From assembly GCA_964016885.1 (NCBI GenBank), contig OZ024742.1, positions 350,114,001 through 350,178,000 of the forward strand: a stretch of 64,000 bases of DNA. Reading direction: 5' to 3'. The translations under genes and the position numbers were made by a program. This document shows, one piece after another, positions 52,101-64,000 of the stretch. The notes below the pieces were generated by a model. That model made no database searches and was not told the DNA's origin. It worked only from the letters and a program-made list of their open reading frames with translations. Every line of letters starts with the position of its first letter. Within the stretch, counting starts at the first letter, position 1. This DNA comes from Eledone cirrhosa. Taxonomy: Eukaryota.

Positions 52101-55100
52101 TGTATATATAGTTTGTGGTGTATATATAGATGGGAAGGTGTATATATAGTTTGTGGTGGTGTATATATAGATGGGATGGTGTATATATAGATTGTGGTGG
52201 TGTATATATATAGATAGGAAGGTGTATATATATTTTCTGGTGTATATATAGATAGGAAGGTGTATATATAGTTTGTGGTGGTGTATATATAGATGGGAAG
52301 GTGTATATATAGTTTGTGGTGGTTTATATAGAGATAGGAAGGTGTATATATAGTTTGTGGTGTATATATAGATGGGAAGGTGTATATATAGTTTGTGGTG
52401 GTGTATATATAGTTTGTGGTGTATATATAGATAGGAAGGTGTATATATAGTTTGTGGTGGTGTATATAGATGGGAAGGTGTATATATAATTTGTGGTGGT
52501 GTATATATAGATAGGAAGGTGTATATATAGTTTGTGGTGTATATATAGATGGGAAGGTGTATATATAGTTTGTGGTGTATGTATAGATTGGAAGGTGTAT
52601 ATATAGTTTGTGGTGGTGTATATATAGATGGAATGGTGTATATATAGTTTGTGGTGGTGTATATATAGGTGGGAAGGTGTATATATAGTTTGTGGTGGTG
52701 TATATATAGGTGGGAAGGTGTATATATAGTTTGTGGTGGTGTATATATAGATAGGAAGGTGTATATATAGTTTGTGGTGTATATATAGATGGGAAGGTGT
52801 ATATATAGTTTGTGGTGGTGTATATATAGATGGGATGGTGTATATATAGTTTATGGTGGTGTATATATAGATAGGAAGGTGTATATATAGTTTGTGGTGG
52901 TGTATATAGATGGGAAGGTGTATATATAGTTTGTGGTGTATATATAGAGGGGAAGGTGTATATATAGTTTGTGGTGGTGTATATATAGTTTGTGGTGTAT
53001 GTATAGATGGGAAGGTGTATATATAGTTTGTGGTGGTCTATATATAGATGGAATGGTGTATATATAGTTTGTGGTCATGTATATATAGGTGGGAAGGTGT
53101 ATATATAGTTTGTGGTGGTGTATATATAGGTGGGAAGGTGTATATATAGTTTGTGGTGGTGTATATATAGATAGGAAGGTATATATATAGTTTGTGGTGT
53201 ATATATAGATGGGAAGGTGTATATATAGTTTGTGGTGGTGTATATAGATGGGAAGGTGTATATATAGTTTGTGGTGTATATATAGATGGGAAGGTGTATA
53301 TATAGTTTGTGGTGGTGTATATATAGATGGGATGGTGTATATATAGTTTATGGTGGTGTATATATAGATAGGAAGGTGAATATATAGTTTGTGGTGGTGT
53401 ATATAGATGGGAAGGTGTATATATAGTTTGTGGTGTATATATAGATGGGAAGGTGTATATATAGTTTGTGGTAGTGTATATATAGATGGGATGGTGTATA
53501 TATAGTTTGTGGTGGAGTATATATAGGTGGGAAGGTGTATATATAGTTTGTGGTGGTGTATATATAGGTGGGAAGGTGTATATATAGTTTGTGGTGGTGT
53601 ATATATAGATGGGAAGGTGTATATATAGTTTGTGGTGGTGTATATATAGATGGAATGGTGTATATATAGTTTGTGGTGGTGTATATATAGGTGGGAAGGT
53701 GTATATATAGTTTGTGGTGGTGTATATATAGGTGGGAAGGTGTATATATAGTTTGTGGTGGTGTATATATAGATGGGAAGGTGTATATATAGTTTGTGGT
53801 GTATATATAGATGGGAAGGTGTATATATAGTTTGTGGTGGTGTATATATAGGTAGGAAGGTGTATATATAGTTTGTGGTGGTGTATATATAGATAGGAAG
53901 GTGTATATATAGTTTGTGGTGTATATATAGATGGGAAGGTGTATATATAGTTTGTGGTGGTGTATATATAGATGGGATGGTGTATATATAGTTTGTGGTG
54001 GTGTATATATAGTTTGTGGTGTATATATTGGTAGAAAGGTGTATATATAGTTTGTGGTGGTGTATATAGATGGGAAGGTGTATATATAGTTTGTGGTGTA
54101 TATATAGATGGGAAGGTGTATATATAGTTTGTGGGGGTGTATATATAGGTGGGAAGGTGTATATATAGTTTGTGGTGGTGTATATATAGATAGGAAGGTG
54201 TATATATAGTTTGTGGTGTATATATAGTTTGTGGTGGTGTATATAGATGGGAAGGTGTATATATATTTTGTGGTGTATATATAGATAGGAAGGTGTATAT
54301 ATAGTTTGTCTTGGTGTATATATAGATGGGATGGTGTATATATAGTTTGTGGTGGTGTATATATAGATAGGAAGGTGTATATATATTTTGTGGTGTATAT
54401 ATAGATGGGAAGGTGTATATATAGTTTGTGGTGGTGTATATATAGATGGGAAGGTGTATATATAGTTTGTGGTGGTGTATATATAGGTGGGAAGGTGTAT
54501 ATATAGTTTGTGGTGGTGTATATATAGATAGGAAGGTGTATATATATTTTGTGGTGTATATATAGATGGGAAGGTGTATATATAGTTTTTGGTGGTGTAT
54601 ATATAGATGGGAAGGTGTATATATAGTTTGTGGTGGTGTATATATAGGTGGGAAGGTGTATATATTGTTTGTGGTGGTGTATATATACATGGGAAGGTGT
54701 ATATATAGTTATTGGTGTATATATAGATGGGAAGGTGTATATATAGTTTGTGGTGGTGTATATATAGATGGGAAGGTGTATATATAGTTTGTGGTGTATA
54801 TATAGATGGGAAGGTGTATATATAGTTTGTGGTGTATATATAGATGGGAAGGTGTATATATAGTTTGTAGTGGTGTATATATAGTTTGTTGTGTATATAT
54901 AGATAGGGAGGTGTATATATAGTTTGTGGTGGTGTATATAGATGGGAAGGTGTATATATAGTTTGTGGTGTATATATTGGTAGAAAGGTGTATATATAGT
55001 TTGTGGTGGTGTATATAGATGGGAAGGTGTATATATAGTTTGTGGGGGTGTATATATAGGTGGGAAGGTGTATATATAGTCTGTGGTCGTGTATATATAG

Positions 55101-55415
55101 GTGGGAAGGTGTATATATAGTTTGTGGTGGTGTATATATAGATAGGAAGGTGTATATATAGTTTGTGGTGTATATATAGTTTGTGGTGGTGTATATAGAT
55201 GGGAAGGTGTATATATATTTTGTGGTGTATATATAGATAGGAAGGTGTATATATAGTTTGTCTTGGTGTATATATAGATGGGATGGTGTATATATAGTTT
55301 GTGGTGGTGTATATATAGATCGGAAGGTGTATATATAGTTTGTGGTGGTGTATATATAGGTGGGAAGGTGTATATATAGTCTGTGGTAGTGTATCTAGGT
55401 GGGAAGGTGTATATA
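46137..55415. repeat. Minisatellite of two alternating ~20-bp subunits (GTGTATATATAGTTTGTGGTG / GTGTATATATAGATGGGAAG), about 9.3 kb
   Basis: Continuous array seen directly. Confidence 0.98.
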
Positions 55416-55697
55416 CAGTGTCTAAGTGTCTCTGCTTATATACACATTATATATGAGTGTAGTTCATCTGTTTATGTTTATGAAATATAAAAGAATATAA
55501 AAAAAAATTGGTGACAAATACGACCCTTTAAGAACTGTCCAGGTAATATTCACTGATGTCTACATTCTGGTTCTTTGTACAACTATTGAGTCATCTACCG
55601 ATTACCAGACAATATCATCGATATTATTGTGTATTGATTAAAATTATTTATCTCTCTCTCTCTCTCTCTCTGTATATATATATATATATATATATAT

Positions 55698-55853
55698 GAC
55701 GAAGGAAATGTGGTAAGGAACCAGGTTGACTATAACACACCAAAGTATTCAATACTTAGGGTAGTAGAGTAGGTAATAGGAACAAGTAGGACTTAGTCCA
55801 GAATTAGCCGTCGAAACGGCTTGAGCTCAGCCGTCGGGGTCCTACTTGTTCCT
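55698..55853 (-). mobile_element. Family A fold-back micro-insertion in (TA)n
   Basis: Tail on the left, inverted arm gaattagccgtcgaaacggc...cttgttcctat on the right. Confidence 0.82.
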
Positions 55854-55910
<57 letters not shown>

Positions 55911-55947
55911 AACAGAATGTAGAATGTATATATATAGGAACAGAATC

Positions 55948-56266
55948 TAGAATGTAGACCCCAACTATACAAGCGGAGTTGCTGATGTATACCACAATTT
56001 CAAACTGCTAGCCTTGCGTGATACGTTGATGTAAATAATGATCTTACAATCACATGTTATATGCCTTGAAAAGTCCCACCATGCGGTCGGACGAAACGGC
56101 TGTCGGCAATAAACTTGTTATAATGTCATAATAGTTCCTTTGTTCTTTTTCACTAATATTTCTGCTCTGCGTATACGCATAGAGCTTAACTAGCTACCGT
56201 CACATATTTGGTAGGTCAGACGTGATCATCGCGATTCACGTACGACCTACCATACATCTTACTTAT
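55948..56266 (+). repeat. 5' pseudo-LTR
   Basis: Near-identical to 61334-61652. Confidence 0.95.
56062..56108 (+). ncRNA. Minimal type I hammerhead, U3-A8 core
   Basis: tgcc TTGAAAA gtcc-caccatgcggtc-ggac GAAAC ggct GTC ggca. Confidence 0.78.
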
Positions 56267-56318
56267 TTAGCTCCCTCCGGTAGAGCTTAACCTTCACTGA
56301 AAAACACACCGCCCTGGG

Positions 56319-58933
56319 GTGGCTTTTCAATACACTGACAGTATGCTGACAAAGGACCATCTTCCGTTATCACTTAAGAATATACCCATACCACCAAGGG
56401 GTACTTATGAAAAGCAGCTTATAACCAGCGTTAACTCGTTTGTAAGGAGAATAAGATGGCGCACATTTCACCTCGATAGGCGCCGTAGCGCCCCACTAGA
56501 GAGTCCATCGAATAATAATTATGGATTTAGGAAATTTAGGAGCCCGCCCCATAACCCTCTACTCGATAAATTTGAGAGTGACCTATTATCTCTCGTCCGG
56601 TCTATTAGATATAAAAAGAAAAACAGTAAGCGTAGCGGCTTTCAAACAAAGTTAGAATCACTAGTTAAATCTTTTAAGGACAGAAAGTCTATACTCGTAC
56701 CCTCGGACAAGACTAGGAATATGTACAACCTGAGTTATGAAGAATACCGCGGTTTCATATACAATGAGCTACATAAAAACTATAAAAAAACCACTGTAGC
56801 CAACGTAGATGAGATTAACAGGGAGGCTAAAGTGATAGTAACGAAGCTAGGATTAGAGAAATGCACCCAACCTTATACCCCCGACAACCAAGGTTCACAT
56901 TGAAATATCATAAGGAGGACTTTGCAAGTAGCCCCTCTGTCAGGCTCATTAGCCCCTCTAAATCTAACATAGGGATTATAAGTAAAAAAATACTAGATGA
57001 AGTCATACCGAAAGTTAAAGACAGGATTAGCCTGGACCTATGGGGAAACACTGCAGAAGTGATAAAGTGGTTCTCAAGCATTAGCAACCACAAATCACTA
57101 CGCTTCATCCAGTTCGATATAGACTCCTACTATACGTCTATATCCCCCATACTACTAAATAAGGCGCTCATGATGGCAATGCGGACGGGCGGACTCGCTA
57201 GATCCCAGATTGACATAGTCCTTGCCGCTCGTAAAACAATTATCACATTTGAGGATGAATTGTGGACGCGCAAGAACACTCGTAACAATTTCGACATCAC
57301 TATGGGGTCTAGCGACTCAGCGCAGGTGACAGACCTCGTCGGATTGTACTTGCTCAAGGAGCTCAACGAGCAGCTCCCACACCTCAGAGGTGGGCTATAC
57401 CGTGACGACGCATTGCTTACTGTGGACTTTAAACAGCACAACCTAGAAAGAACTAGAAAGGACCTTTATAAATTCTTCAAGAATTTTAACCTATCAATAA
57501 CTATGGATAGAAATAGTAAGGTAGTCAACTTTCTAGATGCCACACTAGACCTAGATAAGTTAGAATATGCACCGTACCATAAACCTAACGAAAGGCTGAC
57601 ATACGTCAATGCCAGCTCCAACCACCCAGGCTCAGTCCTCAAAGCAATAGTTAAAGGAGTATCTAGTAGGATTAGCGGACTATCTAGCAGCGTGACCGCA
57701 TTTGAAGCGAACGCGGAATATTACAATAAGGCGCTAGCTGGGTCAGGGCACAAAGATAAACTCCATTATGTTGAGACAGGCGGCACCACCCCGCCACCCC
57801 AACCCAGCACTGTAATCACGCACAATATGTCCATGGGAATTGGAAGGAGAGCTAGAAAGACGAATAGGGACAATAGGAAGTTAGATAAGAACAACAACAC
57901 TCGCAACGCAGACACGGATAGGGCCCACACGCCTGGTAAGCGCTATGCCGCCCCGAGCAAGTCCAACAGTGAAAACGGGGGACAGAGGCCTAGGAGACTC
58001 GAGACCAACGCACATACCACTGGGAGCACAGCAACCACACCTGGTAGAACCCGTAATAATATAGACGAAGAGAGGGTAAGCAGCATAGGGGATAGGAAAC
58101 GCAGTGGAAGGACTAGAAGACGTGATAGTACCTTCTTTAACCCGCCCTTCAACTCTAATGTTACTACAGACCTCCCCAAATCTTTTTTCTCTTTAATAGA
58201 TAAGAACTTCCCCCCGGGTAGTAGGTACGGTAGTGTCATCAATAAGAATACTATCAAGCTATCGTACTCTACAACCCCTAATCTGGCCTCACACCTAGCT
58301 AAGACCAATAAGAGTAAGATTAAAGAGGGACTTAAGGCCATCGGAAATAGTGAACCACGCCAGTACACACGACAACACGGGACCAACCCACTGAGTGAAA
58401 GACCCAGGGGGATAATAGGCAATAGAACCGGTCCCACTAGGCAGCCCCGCGGCCGCTTGGAGGGACATCTACCCCTGATTGAGGAGCATGACCCTACTAA
58501 AAAGTGTAATTGCAGAAGGAAGGACAAATGCCCACTAGCTGGACATTGCCTTATTAGGAACGTGGTATATGCTTGTAACGTAACCACAGGCACGTATACT
58601 AAGACGTATGTGGGATCAACCGCTAACGAGTTCAAGACGAGGTTCAACGCCCACCAGCATAGCTTCCGATATGAGAAGCTTAAAAATACCACGTCGTTAG
58701 CGGGGCATATACATAGCTTAAAACAAACAAAAAACCCATACACACTAAGCTGGAGATGCCTTACTAAAGCTCCTCCATATAGCTCGTTGAGCAGGTGTTG
58801 TAGCCTGTGCCTATCTGAATCTCATGCCATAGTATTCTCAGGACTCAACTTGCTCAACAGGAGATCAGAAATCTTCTCGTCCTGCCCCCATACCATACTT
58901 AGCTCTTTCTTTTTCTTCAGACCAGACACATAG
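56319..58933 (+). pseudogene. PLE polyprotein (RT + C-terminal GIY-YIG endonuclease), single frameshift near 56880
   Basis: SLKNIPIP, PSDKT, QFDIDSYY, ITMGS, YRDDAL, CNC-x5-CP-x4-C, VVY..YVGST..FKTRFNAH, CSLCLSE, LLNRRSE..CPH. Two overlapping ORFs 56319-56903 and 56861-58933. Confidence 0.93.
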
Positions 58934-61333
58934 CCCTGACACCACCCAGTCCTGCACTTGGCGGCCCCGCTGGCGAACAGGGTGCTCTTTAGTAACCCCG
59001 GCCGCATGGATGCCTCGGCTCCCCGATTGGCGATGGGGACTCTGGTGAGGAACAGACGACCCTGTGTCCCACTTGCCAACCTGGGATTGGTGGCAACATT
59101 GTTGCTGGGCACCCTGGAGGCAGCTGATGCCTGCGATGTAGGACATTGTGAGTGCCTGGAACCACGTTGACTAATCTGGGAAGGTGCCGTCGGAGATGTA
59201 TGTCAACAAACTCGAGAACATGCCCAGGGAAACAGTAACAAAACACCCAATATGGCGGCCGCTCCCTGCCTATAGCCACTCACCCCCCACCCCCTCCCTT
59301 AGTAAACCCCCGCCCAAAAAGATGCCCCTCCCCATTCTTTTGAGTTGGTTCTTTATTATCAGTGATTAGTTCTTTACTAATAGGAATTTTTTGTATTTCA
59401 CCACAGTCGACTTAATGGGCTTGGAGAGTTGACACCCTTGAAGTCTGACCACTCGATAAGTTAGGGGTTGTGCCCCTTGAACAGGGGTGTGTATAGCTGG
59501 TCTACCTGCTGTCTGCTACTACCCGAGACTGGACACGGTCGTAGCCACAGGCCAGCGCGTGCGCGATAGCATATAATGTATATTTTCTGCTAGTCACCCC
59601 GTGTAATACGATACCCTAAGATTCCATGCATGAGATTCACCGAAGCATGCGCAGTCTTAACCGGGAGATGACATGCGAACTTGAAAATACCACAAGCGAG
59701 ACCCTCTGGATAACGTAGACGCCGGACCATACCCGCAAATATATACCCTGATCTGTCTTGAATATACAGGGCTGGCGGAATATGGATAACACGACCACCA
59801 TATAAGCTGGGACCGACCCATACAGCAAACAAAGAGGGGACAGCCCTTCGCTTTTGACCAGTCGCGTGTGGGCTTGGAGTTCGTAATATACCACCCCAGT
59901 CAAATCCACACTGGTTTTTTTAACAATATAGCATGTAGACCAATACATCCTACGTAGCGAGACCTTGGACTTAGAACCGGCAGGCTGGTCTATCGCGAAA
60001 GCGTAAAACCCCCGAAACTAAAAGATCGAACGGACCACATCCAGCAACCACTAGCTATTAGATCCACAGGTACATCTCCCAGAGAGTCCACGCAGCTGAT
60101 AGTGAATCCCAGTTGATCCAGGAACTTTTAGACAAGACCAGCTGTGCCTGGAGCTATGCAGATGACTACATACGCATAATGGATATCGTGCCTGGAGCTA
60201 TGCAGATGACTACATACGCAAAATGGATATCGCGCCCACACGGTCACCAGTACTGTTCATCCTGTTGTATGTATGTAAATATCCGTGCGCGGGATATCCC
60301 TGAGTACATTTTCTTGACCATCAATTGTTAATCGATTGTTTGTTAATTAGGCAGGAATATACCATTGTGTCTGTGCTAATCCTATGTGTTGCTGTGTGTG
60401 TGTAAAGTATCCGAGCGCGGGATATCCCTGAGCTAATTTTGCCTGACTGTTAAGTGTTTTGATTACTTGTTAATTAGGCAGGAATATATATTATTATGTC
60501 TTTGTTAATCCTGTATCAATAATTTTATAATAATTTTTTGTGATAATACATTGTTAGATTACTGAAGCTACCTTATACCTTCTTAAAAATACATTTTATA
60601 ATTATTGTCTTTTTGCTTATGTATTTTCTTATTTACCACTTTCTTTAATCTTGCCCAACTTGATAAACTCCTTGAATTGCTCCCTAATTAAATTACTTAA
60701 ATTACTTAAATTATTGTATCTATTATGCCTAAGTTGTATCTGTTGAAGCAGCCCTTTGAATATTCCTCGGATATCCCAAATACCGTAATTTTTAACTTTT
60801 AATGTATAATTTTCCTTAATTCGTTTTTATATATATCCTTAAAGGCTCTCTAAAATTTTAATTCTTCGAAGGGTCTCTCGGAAGAAGTTCCTATTAAAAA
60901 TATTAAAGGGGCCTTTTCTGAGAGAATTATAGAAGGCTCTTTGAATTAACCTTTAATTGATTAGTTTCTTTCAACTTAGTAGGGAATATCAAAACTTCGT
61001 AAGTTTTCTGAAATTTGTAAACGTGATCTCGGGGAAGAAGGTTTTTTCTTTCTGAAAAAAATTTTTTTCTCTAGAAGGAATTTCATAGGAAACTTTATAT
61101 ATATTTTTTAGGGAAACTTTATATTTTTATTTTTTATTTTATTAGCCTCTTAATTTCTTCTAGTCTAGTAGGTTTATTGGAGCCTGTAAGCTTTATGCAC
61201 TTATTGAGGGATTTTCTAAGGTGCTTCTACGGGACCCCAAGTCTTTTAGTTTACTGTTAATGCGTAAATTATATATTATCTAATTTTTAAACTTCAATCC
61301 CTGACCCCGACAACTAATATAAAAGAGCCCCCT

Positions 61334-61647
61334 TAGAATATAGACCCCAACTATACAAGCGGAGTTGCTGATGTATACCACAATTTCAAACTGCTAGCCT
61401 TGAGTGATACGTTGATGTAAATAATGATCTTACAATCACATGTTATATGCCTTGAAAAGTCCCTCCATGCGGTCGGACGAAACGGCTGTCGGCAATAAAC
61501 TTGTTATAATGTCATAATAGTTCCTTTGTTCTTTTTCACTAATATTTCTGCTCTGCGTATACGCATAGAGCTTAACTAGCTACCGTCACATATTTGGTAG
61601 GTCAGACGTGATCATCGCGATTCACGTACGACCTACCATACATCTTA

Positions 61648-61652
<5 letters not shown>
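61334..61652 (+). repeat. 3' pseudo-LTR
   Basis: Near-identical to 55948-56266. Runs into (TA)n. Confidence 0.95.
61448..61494 (+). ncRNA. Minimal type I hammerhead, U3-A8 core
   Basis: Same motif as 56062-56108. Confidence 0.78.
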
Positions 61653-61718
<66 letters not shown>

Positions 61719-61723
<5 letters not shown>

Positions 61724-62024
61724 TGTAATAAACAACATAAGGCAAGTATTCCATTTACCAGTGGTTTCTTAAAAGCAACAAATTTTGCTTTCAATCATCA
61801 GAATGAAAAAATCCTGGTCTGTTTATTGAATTTGGATTTTTAAAATCCAAATTCAATAAACAGACCAGGATTTTTTCATTCTGATGAGTGAAAGCAAAAT
61901 TTTTTGCTTTTAAGAAACCACTGGTAAATGGAATACTTGCCTTATGTTGTTTATTACATAACTATTAAGCTCTGTTACCTACATAGAGCACTCTTTTTTC
62001 CTGGACTTTTCCGACGGAATTACT

Positions 62025-62026
<2 letters not shown>
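61719..62026 (+). mobile_element. Fold-back micro-insertion with HHR in (TA)n
   Basis: Near-perfect palindrome 61719-61963 centred at about 61841, plus a ~60-nt tail. Confidence 0.85.
61875..61932 (+). ncRNA. Type I hammerhead, canonical core
   Basis: ttcatt CTGATGA gtgaaagcaa..ttgcttttaa GAA acc-act-ggt A aatgga. Confidence 0.75.
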
Positions 62027-62081
<55 letters not shown>

Positions 62082-62324
62082 CTCAAACTGAGATCAGTTT
62101 GACAATCGGCACCGACGAATGAGAGAAAGTTCTCCAGGAAAGTTAACCAAGAATCTTTCAAAATCTAAACCACCGAACTTAACAAAGAACTTACTAGATC
62201 TACAAAACTAAATTGTAAAATTATAATATTATAAAATTATATTAAATTGTTTAGAACTACAAGTGAAGTCATTATTTTACTTTTTTTAAATATACCTAAC
62301 TGTACCAAGGATCTCACACATTTT

Positions 62325-62400
<76 letters not shown>

Positions 62401-62749
62401 CTAGCAGTGTATCCCGGCGTTGCACGTATAAGAACATTGGTAATAGCACCTCCAATGTGAAACGTTTATTTGTGGGTGCCTGTTAAAACCTCACGAAAAT
62501 ATAGCGACAGGTATACTTGTTTTATGTGGAGAAAATTAAGAAGTTGAAAGTACAAGCCAGCAAATGGAAATGAAGAAGAAAGTTAGTGAAATCAGTCCCA
62601 GTACGTTACTAGTACTCTATGCCGTAAACAATGGCTGACGTTTTGCCAATGCTATCAATACTTCGCCCTAAAACATCAGTAATAAAGGTTTCTGATTGAG
62701 GCTCAAGGCCAAATATTGTAGGTAGGGGAGGGGTTCATTAAATCGACAT

Positions 62750-62937
62750 TGGTGTATGAAAGGCAAAGCTAACCTCGATGGGATTTAAACGAATAATGTA
62801 AAGAGCCGCCACTCTATGCCGTTAAGGATGAAAGACAAAGCTAACCCCGATGGGATTTAAACGCAGAATGTAAAGAGTCGTCATTCTATGCCGTTAAGCA
62901 AGTCTGACGCTCTACCGATTCTGCTAATGCACCGCCA
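62750..62937 (-). mobile_element. Degenerate SINE fragments (family of 30743) with local duplication
   Basis: gaaaggcaaagctaacctcgatgggatttaaacg occurs twice. tctaccgattctgcta is the A-box region on the minus strand. Confidence 0.6.
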
Positions 62938-63535
62938 TAAAAATACAACAATAGTATTAATAAACTAAAATAATATGGTGATGTCTTCATTCACAGATTT
63001 TGTAGTGATTTGATATATGGGTTGGGATTGATATTAGAGAGATCTGTTTTCAAATCTAATTACATCACAGGTATACAAGTAACAGTGTCACGCTCGCACA
63101 TACACACACACACATACACACTCACACACACGCACACACATATATGTACGATATTAATTTAACAATGAAAATAGTAACAGCAATTCAAGTTATTTTACCT
63201 ATTCATGTTGTTTTACGATCGTTTCGGAGGGTTGATCATATTGACATACAGACTGGTCTATAGCAGTTATATAACTATATACTATCAAACTTCATATATA
63301 GGTTCGGTCAGACCGTCTTCGTAAAAAACAATGATATGAATCGGTATAATAACTTGACTTTTTTTATATCCGACTTTGTATTTAAGGAATTAGCTCAGCG
63401 GAACACAGAACTTTTCTACGGATTTCACTGAATTACTCGCTATCAGATTACATTGAGTTCTATCTACGGTACGGATCCTACCACGAACATTATATCACAT
63501 TGAAAAGTATGAAAAGTATACACTTTTGGTTATAT

Positions 63536-63578
63536 ATGCCCTTGACAAGCCCAACTGGGCGAAACGTACGTAGGTGGT
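63536..63578 (+). ncRNA. Minimal hammerhead motif, U3-A8 core, weak stem I
   Basis: gccc TTGACAA gccc-aact-gggc GAA acgtacgt A ggtgg. Confidence 0.6.
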
Positions 63579-63793
63579 GTTTTAAATAAACATGTTTTAA
63601 CGGTCTGTTCTCCGATTTCTTACTTTTTCCACGTGCTTACGCTCTCCTAACTCTCTCGCCCACTAAATATTAACACTTCTAATATTTAATACTGCCGGCA
63701 CTAGTATTGAGCACCTTTGGCATACGCTATTTGGCAAATAACTACATGTTTCATCTATCCTTCCTTTGTTTTTCTCTCTCTCGATACGTAAAT

Positions 63794-63852
<59 letters not shown>

Positions 63853-63854
<2 letters not shown>

Positions 63855-64000
63855 TAGACAGCGAGTTTTTTTTTCAAGTTGAAAAAAAAACCGAGAGGTC
63901 CTACACGAGTGAAAGTATAAGGAAAAAAGATGAAATCGAAAATGCAACTGAAGTCTTTTTTTCTTTTTAATATATATTTGGTTCCTTTACCGGTTTTGAG
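63853..64000 (-). mobile_element. Second copy of the 19128-19330 family (cut by the window end)
   Basis: Direct sequence similarity. Starts after (TA)n. Confidence 0.75.

Larger units (their letters stand above)
55948..61652 (+). mobile_element. Full-length Penelope-like element with direct pseudo-LTRs, in (TA)n
   Basis: 319-bp direct repeats, RT + GIY-YIG ORF, HHR in each repeat. Confidence 0.95.

Noticed and set aside
46080-54787. Long 348-988 aa ORFs
   Set aside because: Stop-free frames of a minisatellite with no domain content.
56861-56903. Programmed frameshift or selenocysteine readthrough in the PLE ORF
   Set aside because: The break lies in a region that appears continuous in the homologous element (PFLPRTPRINLKDHK, 38996-39193), there is no clear slippery heptamer, and the TGA is out of the downstream frame. 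A simple indel is more likely.
55948-61652. LTR retrotransposon
   Set aside because: No gag, protease, RNase H or integrase and no TG..CA termini. The repeats are PLE pseudo-LTRs.
62399-62520. Helitron/Helentron-like 5' end (tactagcagtgtatcccggcgttgcacg)
   Set aside because: Resemblance from memory only, and no matching 3' terminus was found.
63210-63332. Minus-strand GAAACgatcGTA motif (also at about 11366-11381)
   Set aside because: No convincing CUGANGA/UUGANAA partner at a pairing position.

Overview
Animal (eukaryotic) intergenic DNA with no recognisable host gene. The SINEs resemble octopod cephalopod repeats as I recall them, but this is unverified. The window is almost entirely retroelements, microsatellites and minisatellites. 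It holds (1) a tandem cluster of Tx1/L1-type LINEs embedded in (ATCT)n, one of them near full length; (2) two Penelope-like elements (PLEs, RT + C-terminal GIY-YIG), one a 6.4-kb head-to-head fold-back and one 5.7 kb with 319-bp direct pseudo-LTRs; (3) an R4/Dong-like RT fragment; and (4) two ~9-10 kb minisatellites plus a telomere-like minisatellite. The most striking signal is a hidden RNA layer. About 12 unrelated sequence families of type I hammerhead ribozyme (HHR), roughly 20 full or partial motifs, sit in small non-coding inserts in (TA)n tracts, and about half carry a U3-A8 variant core. They include a 466-bp tandem retrozyme-like unit and a circularly permuted ~0.6-kb unit. Many inserts share an asymmetric hairpin architecture with fixed end points. 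All ribozyme folds were read by eye and none is tested.
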